Shown here piece after piece: positions 13,014-25,435 of a stretch of 64,000 nt of DNA; the first letter of the stretch is position 1, and each line of letters starts with the position of its first letter. The notes below the pieces were generated by a model. The model searched no databases and was not told the origin of the DNA. It saw only the letters and a list, made by a program, of their open reading frames with translations. Location of the stretch: NCBI RefSeq assembly GCF_006345805.1, contig NC_043017.1, forward strand, positions 7,502,001 through 7,566,000. The letters run 5' to 3'. Made by a program: the position numbers and the translations under genes. Source of the DNA: Octopus sinensis (Eukaryota).

Positions 13014-13016
<3 letters not shown>
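12815..13016. repeat. Tandem duplication, offset 123 bp, bounded by (CA)n
   Basis: Identical ~75-bp core tattgtacaaagtgg...cttagtacttta at 12821 and 12944. Confidence 0.9.
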
Positions 13017-13055
<39 letters not shown>

Positions 13056-14906
13056 CATGCATTTATGTTTATGCTTGTTTTATAGTTTTTCTGTAACTGA
13101 TACAGAACATGTTTACATGTTCTGTATGAAGGTCTCAAACACAGTTTATCAAGTCAAAATGATATTTAATCTTAACAATGACCGTTTACTTCACAGTTTC
13201 ACTGTTAAAAATGACATCTTCTCTTCACATGTAATTGATATTACAGTATAAGTGTGTGTCTGTGTGTGTATGTCTCTCTATCTACCTATCTATCTATCTA
13301 CCTATCTATCTATCTACCTATCTATCTATATATCTATCTGTCTATTTGTCTGTATGTATATATGTAAGATACACTGCACTCCTAGTTGAGTGCTTGTGTA
13401 TCACCTTATAAGTGCAGCATCGTATCATATAGCAGAAACTGTTATAAGGTCATGAAGTTCATTATATAATATCCTGTTCCTTTGTTTTTTCTATAATCTC
13501 ATAATTACACTCTGTACTCAACTAACGCTTTCCTCTGAAGCGTATGTAAATTGAGTTCTAACACCAGGTTATTCGTGCCTAAATGGAATATCAAAATACA
13601 CATATGCACACAGAGGTAAGAAACTTATTTCCTCACCATATGGTTTCAGGTTCAGTCCCATTGCATGGCTCCTTTGGCAAGTGTCTTCTCCAATAACCTT
13701 AGGCCAATCAAAGCCTTGTGAGTGGATTTGATGGATGGAAACTGAAAGAAGCCCATCATTGTATGTCTCTGTGTGTATATATATGTGCATATATATATAT
13801 ATATATACTATATTATATTATATTTATCATCATCATCATCATCGTTTAGCATCCGCTTTCCATGCTAACATAGGTTGGACGGTTCAACTGGGTTCTGAGA
13901 AGCCAGAAGGCTGCACCAGGCCCAGTCTGATCTGGCAATGTTTCTACGGCTGGATGCCCTTCCTAATGCCAACCACTCCATGAGTCTAGTGGGTACTTTT
14001 TATGTGCCACTGGCACAGGTGCCAGACGAGGCTGGCAAACAGCCACGATCGGATGGTGCTTTTTACATGCCAGCACGGAGGCCAGGCAATTATAACAAGG
14101 GATCGGAAACAAGCCTCTCTGCATGCTGAAAATAGATGCCAAATGACGCTAAGAACCACCTTAAAAACTCCAAAACCACAGAGACTGGTTTCCGATCCCT
14201 TGTTATAATTCTGTACATAATTATTAATATAGTATTTAGAAAATTTACCTGCAAGGTTTTTATTTTCATGCTGACCACCTGATAAAATCAAGAATGATTT
14301 TATCTTTTATTATATATATACATTCACACATGCTTGTGTTTGTCTGCAACTACTGTTTGACAGCTGGTGGTGGTATGTTTACATCTCCATAACCTGGCAG
14401 TTCAGCGAAAGAGGCCGATAGAGTAAGTACCAGGCTTAGCAAAAATTCTTCAAGATGGTGCCTCAGCATGGCTGCAGTCTAATGACTGAAATAGAAAATG
14501 AAGATAAAAAATGGCTGGAACAGATTCAATAAGACCCAGAGTCCCTAACCAGGACAGGGATCATTTGGGACCAGGTTGCACAGAAAGAATGAATTTTAAA
14601 ATCATATTTCTGTTTTATTGATTGTTGCAGTCTACACAGTGTTTTTGCATTATATATGCACTATGTGCATAATATCTTTTCTACTAAAGGCACAAGGCCT
14701 GAAATTTGTCCTTCCTAACACCAGTTACCTTACAGAGTGTACTGGGTGCTATATACATGGCACCATCGTGGGTGCTTTGTATATGGAGCCAGCACAGGTG
14801 TTGTATATGCAGTAGCAGAACAGGTGCTTATATTTGGAGCCAGCACAGGTGTATTATATGTGCTTTTTACATGGCACCTGCATATATGTATTATGGAATA
14901 GTTAAA

Positions 14907-15298
14907 TCTCTCTATATATAAAGCTGAAGTTGTCTGTGTATGGCAGGTTTAGTAGCCTTCAACTAACACTATCTCCTTCGAGACTCTACTGCGCAAGTTG
15001 ACCAAAATTGAGAGTATGATAGAAGAAGGCTTGCTCTTCCTTCTGAAGAAGAAAAAAATTCAAATTGGACCATGTTAACACCAAAAATTATTTACATCAA
15101 AAAGGCGCTTTTTTTCTATGAAAATCCCTCTTTTTATGATTTTTTTACTGCTGTGTCGCCATTTTTCAGTGTATTTCAACCAGAAAAATGTTCACTTGAA
15201 GAGAATAACAAGCTACATAATGCAAAATTTTTACTTTTCAAAAATTCCAATTCTAAAGGGTTGAAACAAACCTGAGCAACGCCGGGCGATACTGCTAG
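14907..15298 (+). mobile_element. Non-autonomous Helitron (392 bp)
   Basis: A|TCTCTCTATATATAAAGCTG 5' end, subterminal hairpin cctgagcaacgccggg, CTAG|T 3' end, no TSD. Confidence 0.8.
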
Positions 15299-15643
15299 TT
15301 ATATATTATACACTTTATTGTTTTGTTATGATTCCCTGGTCTCTGTAGTAAGATTGAGAACCACTGCCAGGAGACATCTCTTCCAGTTCTGCACACGACT
15401 AGAATAACTCCATTAGAAGTTGTTTTTTTTTTTGAGGTCTCTGTTCCATGGAGTCAGCACAAGGTGCCCCTGTTACACATGGATGATTACTTTGGCACGG
15501 AAGGTTGAGGAAGCATAAAGGGTGGTCTTGTCTGTGTCTGAAAGTGGGTGTTGTTGGAAGTAGGTCCAACAGCAAGTGGGTCTTTGCTGTATGAGAGGAA
15601 GAGTGTGGGGAATAAAATAATACCCCAATGATAAGTAACATTA

Positions 15644-15685
<42 letters not shown>

Positions 15686-16427
15686 TCAGTGGGATTTTTT
15701 TTGTTCTTAGTCTCTCTGAGATACTTTCCTTTCATGTTCATCCATGCAATGTCATGAATAACTAAACATATTCAGAATAATGTTCCACTCTGTTTTTTTA
15801 AGATTCTCCTGGTTGAATGGAAGAGTTTTAATGGAATTTTTTTCCTATAAAATTGTTTATCGAAAACTAGGCTGAGAGTTCTCGTTTTCTTGCTGTGTTA
15901 ATAATGTGTTGGTTGTGGTATCAATAGTGGCTGCTGCTGCTGCTGTTGTTGTTGTTGTTGTGGTGGTGGTGGTGGTGGTCGTCGTCGTCGTCGTTGATGT
16001 GGTGGTGGTGATTGTAGTAGTGGTAGGGGTGGTGTCAGCAGTAGACAGTGTAATGACGGTGGGTGTTGTGGTGGTGGTGGTGGAGGTGGTGGTTGTTGAT
16101 GTGATGGTGGTGGTTGTCATTGTTGGGAGGAATGGCAGTTGTGTTTGTTGTTGGTGTTGTTGTTGCTACTTTACCCCAGTCAGCCATTATTTAGCAGACC
16201 AACTGTGACCATCCTGCCTTTTCAAGTGTATATAAGACCACATGAAGGAGTTAGCTTGGCAGAGTCATTGGCCTGGTGGATAGAATGTCACACAGTGTTT
16301 GTTTCTATTTCTGCATTCGAAGTTCAAATCCCACCAAGATCAACTTAACAGTTCATCCAATCAGGGGAGGATAAAATAAAAATTACCTGACCAGTGTGGT
16401 GGATTGGCAGAATTATTAGAGTGGCAG

Positions 16428-16656
16428 TGAGCTGGCAGAAACATTAGCACGCCGGGCAAAATGCTTAGTGTTATTTCGTCCATCTTTACGTTCTGAGTTC
16501 AAATTCCACCGAGGTTGACTTAGCCTGTCATCCTTTCGGGGTCGATTAAATAAGTACCAGTTATACACTGGGGTCGATGTAATCAACGTAATCCCTTTGT
16601 CTGTCCTTGTTTGTCCCCTCTATGTTTAGCCCCCTTGTGGGCAATAAAGAAATAAA
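16428..16656 (+). mobile_element. SINE family B with 17-bp TSD
   Basis: TSD aattattagagtggcag at 16411-16427 and 16657-16673. Confidence 0.9.
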
Positions 16657-17319
16657 AATTATTAGAGTGGCAGCCAGGGTTGCAACAAGCTGAAATTGCA
16701 AACATAGCTCTTTGGATCTGCTACAAGATCAACTGTGGCCACAACACACAACTGCATTATCTGATCTGTCCTTCCCTTATGTAAAACAGTAGAATATGAT
16801 GTGAGGGGAAATGTGACTGCTATATCTAGCAAAACATGTAACCATATAGAAGCTCCTTCACTGGCTCGTATCTCCCCCACCCACTGTTCTTTAGCCCTTT
16901 CATGACTATATAACAAATGAAATGTATTGCCCTGTGCTTTTTAATTAACTTTGAAAAGTAATCAAGTATTTGAAAGGATTTAATCAAGTAATGAACTTTT
17001 CCATTTATTAACCCTTTTGATACCAACCCACTCAAGACCACCCCTTGCTCTCTCTCTCCAACAAACTTCCTGTTTTAAAATTATCTCAGTTAACACTTTC
17101 CGTCTAAATTTCATATTTATGCTCCGAATACCAAATTAATAAAGACAAAGTTTGTTTAATAAATTCTTCATTATTTTTCAAAACTAATTTTGAACGAAGA
17201 CGGCATATTTCAACTTAAACATAGGAACATAAAGATATTAACCTGGTGTTTGCAACATAATTTAACAAAGAGTTTATTAGACAAAACTATAATGAAAGGT
17301 TTCGATTTAGATACAAACA

Positions 17320-17615
17320 GGCGCAAGCATGGCTGTGTGGTAAGAAATTTGCTTTCCAACCACATGGTTCTGGGTTCAGTCTCACTGCATGGTACCTTGG
17401 ACAAGTGTCTTTCAGTATAGCCTCAGGCTTTGATGGATCTGATGGACAGAAACTGAAAGAAGCCCATTATATACATATATATATATATACCAGTGTGTGT
17501 GTCTTTGTGTATTTGTGATTGAGCTCCATCACTACTTGGCAACTGGTGTTGGTGTGTTTGTGTCCCTTATAACTTAGTTTGGCAAAGGAGACCAATAGAA
17601 TAAGTGTCAGGCTTT
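17320..17615 (+). mobile_element. SINE family A copy (3' truncated)
   Basis: Homology to 40371-40790. Confidence 0.75.
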
Positions 17616-18413
17616 AAAGAAAAAAATTGGGAAAGTGGACATTAAAACAATAATAGAGGCTGCAGTGGTGATGATAGCTGCAATGATGAGGATGATGATC
17701 ATGAGGAGGAGGAGGAGGATAAGAAAACTGTAATCTAATCTAAAATATGTAGCTTTTTTACATTGTTGTATAATTTTCTTTTGAAAATTGGTGGTGGTGG
17801 TGGTGGTGGTGTACTCTGTAGCCTTGTACCACATGTTATACACACCCCTAATTTTAATCTTGATTTCAGCAGAAGTAAAAGTGTATGTTGTTCTTGGGGT
17901 GTATATGGTATGTAGTAATAATGATAATGTCCTAATACAATAATGAGTGTAGTGGGTGCTTTTTACGTGCCAGGGGAGGCTGGCAACGGCCACGATCGGT
18001 TGGTGCTTTTTACATGCCACCGGCACGGAAGCCAGTCGAGGCAGCGCTGGCATCGGCCATATATATATATATGTATATATTATATATATATATCTGCCCA
18101 GAATCACGCTGGTGGGGAGGAGGAGAAAAAACAGTAATTCTGTGAAGGAGAAGTAGTGAGAGTAATAGTCCTGACTGAGAGGAAGTGAGAGAAAGTAACA
18201 GCAATGAGAGAAAGGAAGGGGTGAAAAGTGCGTGTACAAGGAAAGTATATGAATGTTTGTATGTGTGATTATTATGTACTTTATTTATATATAAAATACT
18301 ACAATTAGCTGTCATTATTGACGGCACGTGGTCAGCGAGTAATAAAAATTAAACATAAAACCTTAACTATGCAGAATGTTATTAAAGTTTCTTTTCTCTT
18401 CTTTTCCTTATAG

Positions 18414-18533
18414 GTAAGTCCTTGTTTTCAAATCAACCACCAGCCGTCCTTATTTACAAATCAACCACTAACCGCCTTTGAAAAATTTTATTGGAAACTA
18501 TTTCCGTCTTTCATTGAAAGCCGTTCGAGTGAG
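18414..18533 (+). other. Candidate non-coding exon or RS-exon whose acceptor is immediately followed by a donor (recursive splice site)
   Basis: 22-nt pure pyrimidine tract, then atag|GTAAGT at 18413/18414, and a second donor GAG|GTAAGT at 18533/18534. Confidence 0.55.
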
Positions 18534-19210
18534 GTAAGTGTTGTTGTTATCATTGTTGTCGTGTGATCCCAGATCAGCTCAGTTTAAGGGACTCTCTAAT
18601 CATGATTGAGCCATCTTTTATTTAGACACAGTGTATTTGGGAATGCATTATTCAATGTGTCCTTAGTTCCCCACCTCCACCACCACCACCACCTTTTTTT
18701 TTTTGTACAACAATTTGTCCTGCTATCATACCTGATATAAAGCTACCTGTTTCAATACCACACGTCTCCTCAGGTGAGGCTTCTTGTCTTGCAAGTTATT
18801 TGGCGACCACACCTGTCACAGAATTCTATATATTGGTCAAGCACATGATGGACAACTTCTTACTTTCCCATTATAAAAGGCCATTCTCTTTCATGGCATG
18901 AGGGGAATGGAGTGAATGCTGTGGCCAGCGGAGCTGACTCAAAACCAAACAGCCTGGCCAACCCAGGTGATTATAAAAGGCAGAAGTGTGGTGGTCTTTG
19001 AGAGAATAAAGGTCTCTTCAGTCATGAATGACTATGGGATTGCACCTTGAAAGTTTTCCTCCAAAGCACAAGTCCAGGCAAAGATGGGATCTTTGTGGTT
19101 TTCTAACTGTTTACAATTTTGTTCCAGATGTTTTCAAGTTTGGTATATGGATTAAGTTTTGTATATTAATTATGAAATATGAAATTCATTTTTCCTATAA
19201 ATCCATAATC

Positions 19211-20989
19211 AAAAAGATATTCTATTTTGGTTTAATAAGACAAATAACTATAAAGATCGTGGGTGGGAAACATCAGTTTGGAAAGGTGCATGATGATGAT
19301 GATGATGGTGGTAGTAGTAGTAGTAATAGTAAAGAAGAAAGGGATGAGGTGAGACTTCCTTCTTCATTTCCTTCTTCATTTTCTTCTTCTCATTATTGTT
19401 ATCATTTTCCTCCTCCTCTCCCCTCCCCCCATCATCAACTCACCTGCTACCACCGGAACAATATTGGTAATTACAGAGAAAACTAGCTTCCAACCGATAA
19501 TTAGGCTGTTAATTAAATGGTAGATTGGTGGTACGACTTCTCCCAGACCTTGCAGCTAGAAATATTACAAGGCTTTAGTTGCTTATAGAAAACAGACACA
19601 CACACACACACACAAACACGCATGAAGGTGCATGGCTCAGCGGTTAGAGCACTGGGATCCCAATCATGGGGTAATGAGTTCCTGTACCGGGTTGTGTTTG
19701 TGTTCTTGAGCAAGACACTTTATTTCACATTGCTCCACATAGCCAATCAGAAGCAAGTATTTTACATACTATTTCCATAGTAACCAAACCAAAGAAGCAC
19801 CACATGCTGTATAGATGATTGTGAAGAACTGTTTCCATAGGAACCAAAGATGCTCCACATATGCATAAGGAGATATGAGAAAGATAATTTATTTTATAAA
19901 ATCCTAGTTTAATGTTTTGACATTCCGATGCTTCTGATGATGGAAGATGCAGTGAACATGCTGTTTTCTGATTGGTCTGAAAATTTTGAAAATTATCAAA
20001 CTTTGAATACCTGAAACCCTCTCTCTCTTTCGGAGAGGCACTGAGCAGCAATATACGCACACATAACCAACACGCAGTAAAACTTCCACCTACCGATTCA
20101 ATCACAAAGCTCCGGTCGGCTCGGGGCTATAGTGGAAGCACCTACCCAAAGTGTCATGCAGTGGGACTGAACCCGAAAACCATGTAGTTAGGAAGCAAGC
20201 TCCTTGCAAAATTATCTAGAATAAATGAATAACAAATTCAGAATCAGCATCAAAAATTACATTAAGAAAATCTTTTAAAGATAATTGTAAAAAGTGATGA
20301 AAGCCACAAAGATCCCAAGGTTGTGTTACGGAAGACCAGCAGTCGCCCATGCATACCAGCCACCCCTCTCCCCTCTCCACACCACTGTTGTTATCCAAGA
20401 GAAAGGCAAAGGCCGAAACAGGCTTGGTACCAGTGATATCACAACTCATTTCTGTGGCTGAGTATACTGGAGCAATGTGAAATAAAGTGTCTTGCTCAAG
20501 AACACAAACACAACCCGGTACAGGAACTCATTACCCCATGATTGGGATCCCAATGCTCTAACCGCTGAGCCATGCACCTTCATGCGTGTGTGTTTGTTTG
20601 TTTGTGTCTGTTTTCTATAAGCAACTAAAGCCTTGTAATACTTCTAGCTGCAAGGTCTGGGAGAAGTCGTACCACCAATCTCCATCTAATTAACAGCCTA
20701 ATATCGGTTGGAAGCTAGTTTTCTCTGTAATTACCAATATTGTTCCGGTGGTAGCAGGTGAGTTGATTGATGGGGGGGAGGGGAGGAGAAGGAAAATGAT
20801 AACAAATATAATAGAAGAAAATGAAGAAGGAAGTCTCACCTCATCCCTTTCTTCTTTACATTACTACTACTATACCCACACACCACCACCATCATCATCA
20901 TCATCATTATCATCCTTTCTAAACTGATATTTCCCACCCACGATCTTTATAGTTATTTGTCTTATTAAACCAAAATAGAATATCTTTTT
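19211..20989. repeat. Inverted duplication: 19211-19737 versus 20468-20989
   Basis: ~525-bp arms are reverse complements, differing mainly in microsatellite lengths. The spacer is ~730 bp. Confidence 0.9.
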
Positions 20990-21234
20990 ATATATTTTGT
21001 TTGTTATTTCTACTACTACTACTACTGCTGCTGCTACTACTAGTAGTAGTAGTAGTAGTATCTTTCACCCATCCTTCCACCTCTTCCTTTAACCCCTACC
21101 CCCACCTACATTGCCTCAGTCTCTTTACACTCAAACCTAAATATTACAGTATAGCTAATCCCACCTGATAATGGAATAGCTACTCTCTTTTCACTTACAC
21201 ATCATCCTGTGTGTATATATGCATGTACATATGA

Positions 21235-21270
<36 letters not shown>

Positions 21271-21271
<1 letters not shown>

Positions 21272-21591
21272 AAGGCGCATGACTCAGTGGTTAGAACGTC
21301 AAGCTTATGATCGTGAGGTTGTGAGCTCCAATCTCAGACCTTGCTGCGTGTTGTGTTCTTGAGCAAGACACTTTATTTCACATTGCTCCAATTCACTCAG
21401 CTGTAGAAATGAGTTGCGAAGCTGTATTGGCCGTTGCCTTTCCCTTGGATAACACTGGTGGTGTGGAGAGGAGAGGCCGGTATGCATGGGCGACTGCTGG
21501 TCTTCCATAAACAACCTTGCCTGGACTTGTGCCTGGGAGGGTAACTTTCTAGGTGCAATCCCATGGTCTGTGTCGTGACCGAAGGGGGTCT
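21271..21591 (+). mobile_element. tRNA-derived SINE, family C (full length)
   Basis: Head gaaggcgcatgactcagtggttaga with tRNA-like A/B boxes. Related copies lie at 19620-19737 (+), 20319-20590 plus 19020-19080 (-), 43083-43300 (+) and 46290-46430 (-). Confidence 0.8.
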
Positions 21592-23189
21592 CATATATAT
21601 ATATTTTCATCATCATTATTTAACATCTGTGTTCCAAGCTGGGATTGGTTGGGTGGTTTGATAGGATCCAATGGGCCCAAGGATTGCATCATGCTCTGCT
21701 GTCTGTTTTAGTTTGGGTTCTATAACTGGATGCCCTTCCTAATGCCAAAACCACTTTACAATATGTATTGTGTCTTTTTTCTGTGCTACCAGTGCTAGTG
21801 AGGTCATCTTGCAGTTTGCAAAACTGTGGATCCTAAGAGAATAGTTTTATGCTAGAAGATAAGGGGTAAAAGTATGAGAGAAAAATGGCTGGTGCAGAAT
21901 GAGTTTCTTGTTGTAAGGGAGCTATTTGACTTCTCACATTTTAGAAGAGTGGGCAGGAGTGATTGGGTGGAGCTGAAAAACAATGATAATAATGATAGTG
22001 ATGAGGTGAGAGAACTTGTGCTTAATCAGGAAAAGTTTTGCTGTAACGTCATCAGTGTGCTGAAAAGCTTACGATACATGATGTTGACAGATTGACATAA
22101 ATGCTTTCCCTCTCCTCAGAGGCATAAAAAGAAATATACTCACACACATAAATACAAAAAGAGAAAGAGAGAGGATGAGAGAAACAGTAAAACATCTGAT
22201 GTCAAGTAAGTCATCATCAAATCAATGGAACCAAAATGTCTCATAATCCTTTTTTGAGTCTAGATCTGACTGAAGATTCTTCCAACTTCAAAATTCCTCC
22301 TTTTCCAGATTATGTTTCTGTTTCTGATCCCATCTACTTCTTATTTTGAAGTCACCATTCACTAGTTTATATTGAGTGGTATATTATTATTTTTTGATGG
22401 GAAGGGAGGAGGGTTACTATCCAGAGCTAGTTGGTCATCTCAATTCCTGGTGAATGTATTAGTTTTGCACATTTGCCTGATTACTAGGTGGTCAGTAGGT
22501 TGACTGGCTGGCTGGCTGTCCGTCTGGTTGGCTGGCTAGTTTCTGAGAGTTACTATTTTGCAGATGGTTAACTTATATATATTTATATTTACATACTTGC
22601 ATGCACACACAGATACAAACACTCACAGACTCCCCAACCAATGCATACATCACACAACACGTGCATACACTTACAGACACCCTGTCCCCCAGATGCACAT
22701 GTGCACACACACACATGCATATATATTCAGGTAAACAGACGGACAGACAGATAGAGAGAAAGAGGGGAGTCACCAATGAGTCTACAGTGCTTCTCCTGTT
22801 ATGCTGTTACCTCCAAGTAATTGCTTTCCAGTGAGCCAGCAAACCAAACTCTAAAGCTTTATTGCTAGTATTTCTTCCTCCAGTCATCCATCTACTCACC
22901 CAATCATCCATCCATTCATTCATTCATAAATAAAATAAATGAATGAACTAAGAAAGAAAGAAGGAAAGAAATGAATGAATGAATGAATGAATTACAAGTG
23001 TTTCCCCTTGACTTGGTAGTTCCTGGTTGCTGGCATCGGAACTATTTTTAGCCTCACCTCATGCTGTTTTTAGACGATCTCTGATGCTAAATTAGAATCT
23101 TTGCTGTGTGTGGGGTCAGGGAGAGGAAGGGGAACTCGGTTGATCTTCGGTTAACCAAGGAACGCAAGGAAAATCATTAGATTCAGATT

Positions 23190-24040
23190 TAGTCATTTTT
23201 GTGTGCGTGTGTGGGTGGGTGGGGTGAAAGTGATGGTAGTATGTGTGGGGGGAGGGGTGATGGTGGTTGTGCATGTGTGGGGGGTGATGGTAGTATGTTG
23301 TGGTGGCGGTAGTGGTAGTTGTGGGGGGGGGATGGTAGTATGTTGTGGTGGGGGGGTGCATGTGTATGGGAGGGGAGGGTAGTATGTGGTGGTGAGATTT
23401 GCGGGGGGGGGGGGGGGGGGGTAATGATGATGGTAGCATGTTGTTATGATGGTGGTGGTAGTTGTACATGCTTGCATGTGTGTGTGTGGGGGGGGGGGCT
23501 GTGATGATGGTGGTGGTATTGAAAATGGTAATGTTTGTGTCTCTCTGTATTGTATGGGTGGGTTGTAGTGGTGGTGATTGTGGTGGCATGTTTGTAACAA
23601 CGATGGTATGTTGAGGTGGTGGTAGTGGCTTGTATTGACAGTGTGTCAAAGTGGTAGTAGCTGCTGTATTAGTGATATGTTGTAGTAGTAGTAGTGCATT
23701 AAAGTGGTGGTGGTGGCAGTAGTAGTAGTATTAATGGTGGTAGTAGTCGTGGTGGTGGTGGTGACGGTGGTAGTAGTAATGGTGGTTGGTATTAGTAGTA
23801 GTAATGATGGTGGTAGCAACAGTTATGATTGTAGTGGTGATGGTGGTGGCAGTGATTGTAGTTATGGTTGTAGTAGTATAGGAGTGGTAATTGTGGTGGT
23901 AGTAGTAGTAGTATAAGAGTGGTGGTTGTGGTAGTAGTAGTAGTAGTAGTGTCAGTGGTGGCAGCAGCAGAGATTGTGGTGGTGGTGGTGGTTGTAGTAG
24001 TAATCATTATAGGAGTGGTGGTGGTGGTGGTAATGGCAAA
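23190..24040. repeat. GGT/GTA trinucleotide low-complexity region with a G19 tract (23403-23421)
   Basis: Seen directly in the sequence. Confidence 0.85.
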
Positions 24041-25178
24041 GGTGTTTGTTTCATAGAGGAGATTTTGAAAAAAGGAAAAAAGTCTATTTTTATTTTGTCT
24101 AATAAGTCAAAGATACAACAACAACAACAGCAACAATAACTGTTGTGTAAGCACCACTGCCTTTGTTTTTCTGTCATCTGTGAAGTACATCTAATTGTCT
24201 ACGAGTAGGTTTTTACTTAGTTGTTCAAACACCAAAAGTAGCAGATTCTAAGAATTGGACACCAACATGGCTGTGTGGTTAAGAACCTTGTGTTGCAGAC
24301 ATGTTGTTTTGGGTTCATTCCCACCATGCAGCACCTTGGACAAGTGTTTTCTACCACGGCCCTGGGCCAACCGAAGCCATATGAGTAAATTTGGATACGG
24401 AAACTGTTGTATCCGGAATGTTTTCCGCAAGCATTTTTACCACAGGAAAATTTGTCTCAGGATTTTTGGCCGTAGGAAAGTTCGCCAATTGTTTCAAGCA
24501 ACCTGTCTATTATACCTGTCTATGTAGCAGAGCTACAGGTTTAAAAGATAAATATTGAGCTCAGTTTGGTCAGTGAAACCCTATAAAGCAATGTAAAAGA
24601 GGATAATGTTTTCAAAAAAGGATTCTGCTTAACCCATAAAGCTCTGGGATTTGCACTTACATAGCATGGGCTGCTGAGGACATTTTATGAAGATGAGACA
24701 ACCATACAGACATAAAAAAACGCCCCCAAAATAGTTAAAATATCTTCTTAGTATATAATGGTTGAAAGTTTTACATCATCTGAAAAGTCATAAGTTGAAC
24801 TATTAGTCCTCTTGCATTCTGGGGGTATCGAAGCATTTGAGTGATGTTAGACCCCTACAAATGCCCATAAATTAAATGCATCTCTCTGGGCCATGATCAT
24901 GGCCTGTCGACCTGTGACTGACGGCCACAACTGTGGCCCATTTCACTTTGTGTTAAGTAAAACAATATAAAATATGATAACATTTACAAAGAACAAAAAG
25001 AAAGCAAAAAAGCAGTTAAATCTAACACAGAATTATAAAAAAAAAACATATATATATATATAAATATAAATATAAAAGGCAATTTTTTTCTGAGCTGCAA
25101 TCTTTCCAAATCAGGTTGCCTGCCATATCTTCAAAATTATCTATAAGGTGAAATTATCTTACACCAAAATTTCCTATA

Positions 25179-25330
25179 GGTGCAGGAATGACTGTGTGGT
25201 AAATAGCTTGCTTACTAACCACATGGTTCCAGGTTCAGTCCCACTGCATGGCATCTTGGGCAAGTGTCTTTTACTATAGTCTCGGGCTTTGTGAGTGGAT
25301 TTGGTAGACAGAAACTGAAAAAAGCCTGTC

Positions 25331-25361
<31 letters not shown>

Positions 25362-25435
25362 AAACTGACAACATTTGTTGTTTGTCTTTTACTTGTTTCA
25401 GTCAATGTACTGTGGCCATGCTGGGGCAAATGTGG
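25179..25435 (+). mobile_element. SINE family A head followed by an inverted tail fragment
   Basis: Head at 25179-25340 on +; tail sequence at 25384-25435 in reverse orientation. Confidence 0.65.

Noticed and set aside
19934-19940. CTGATGA without a partner (also 22049-22055 minus, 47315-47321, about 58848 minus)
   Set aside because: No correctly spaced GAAA, stem II or stem III, so these are not hammerheads.
21271-21350. tRNA-like heads of SINEs as tRNA genes
   Set aside because: They continue into SINE bodies and lack a complete cloverleaf.
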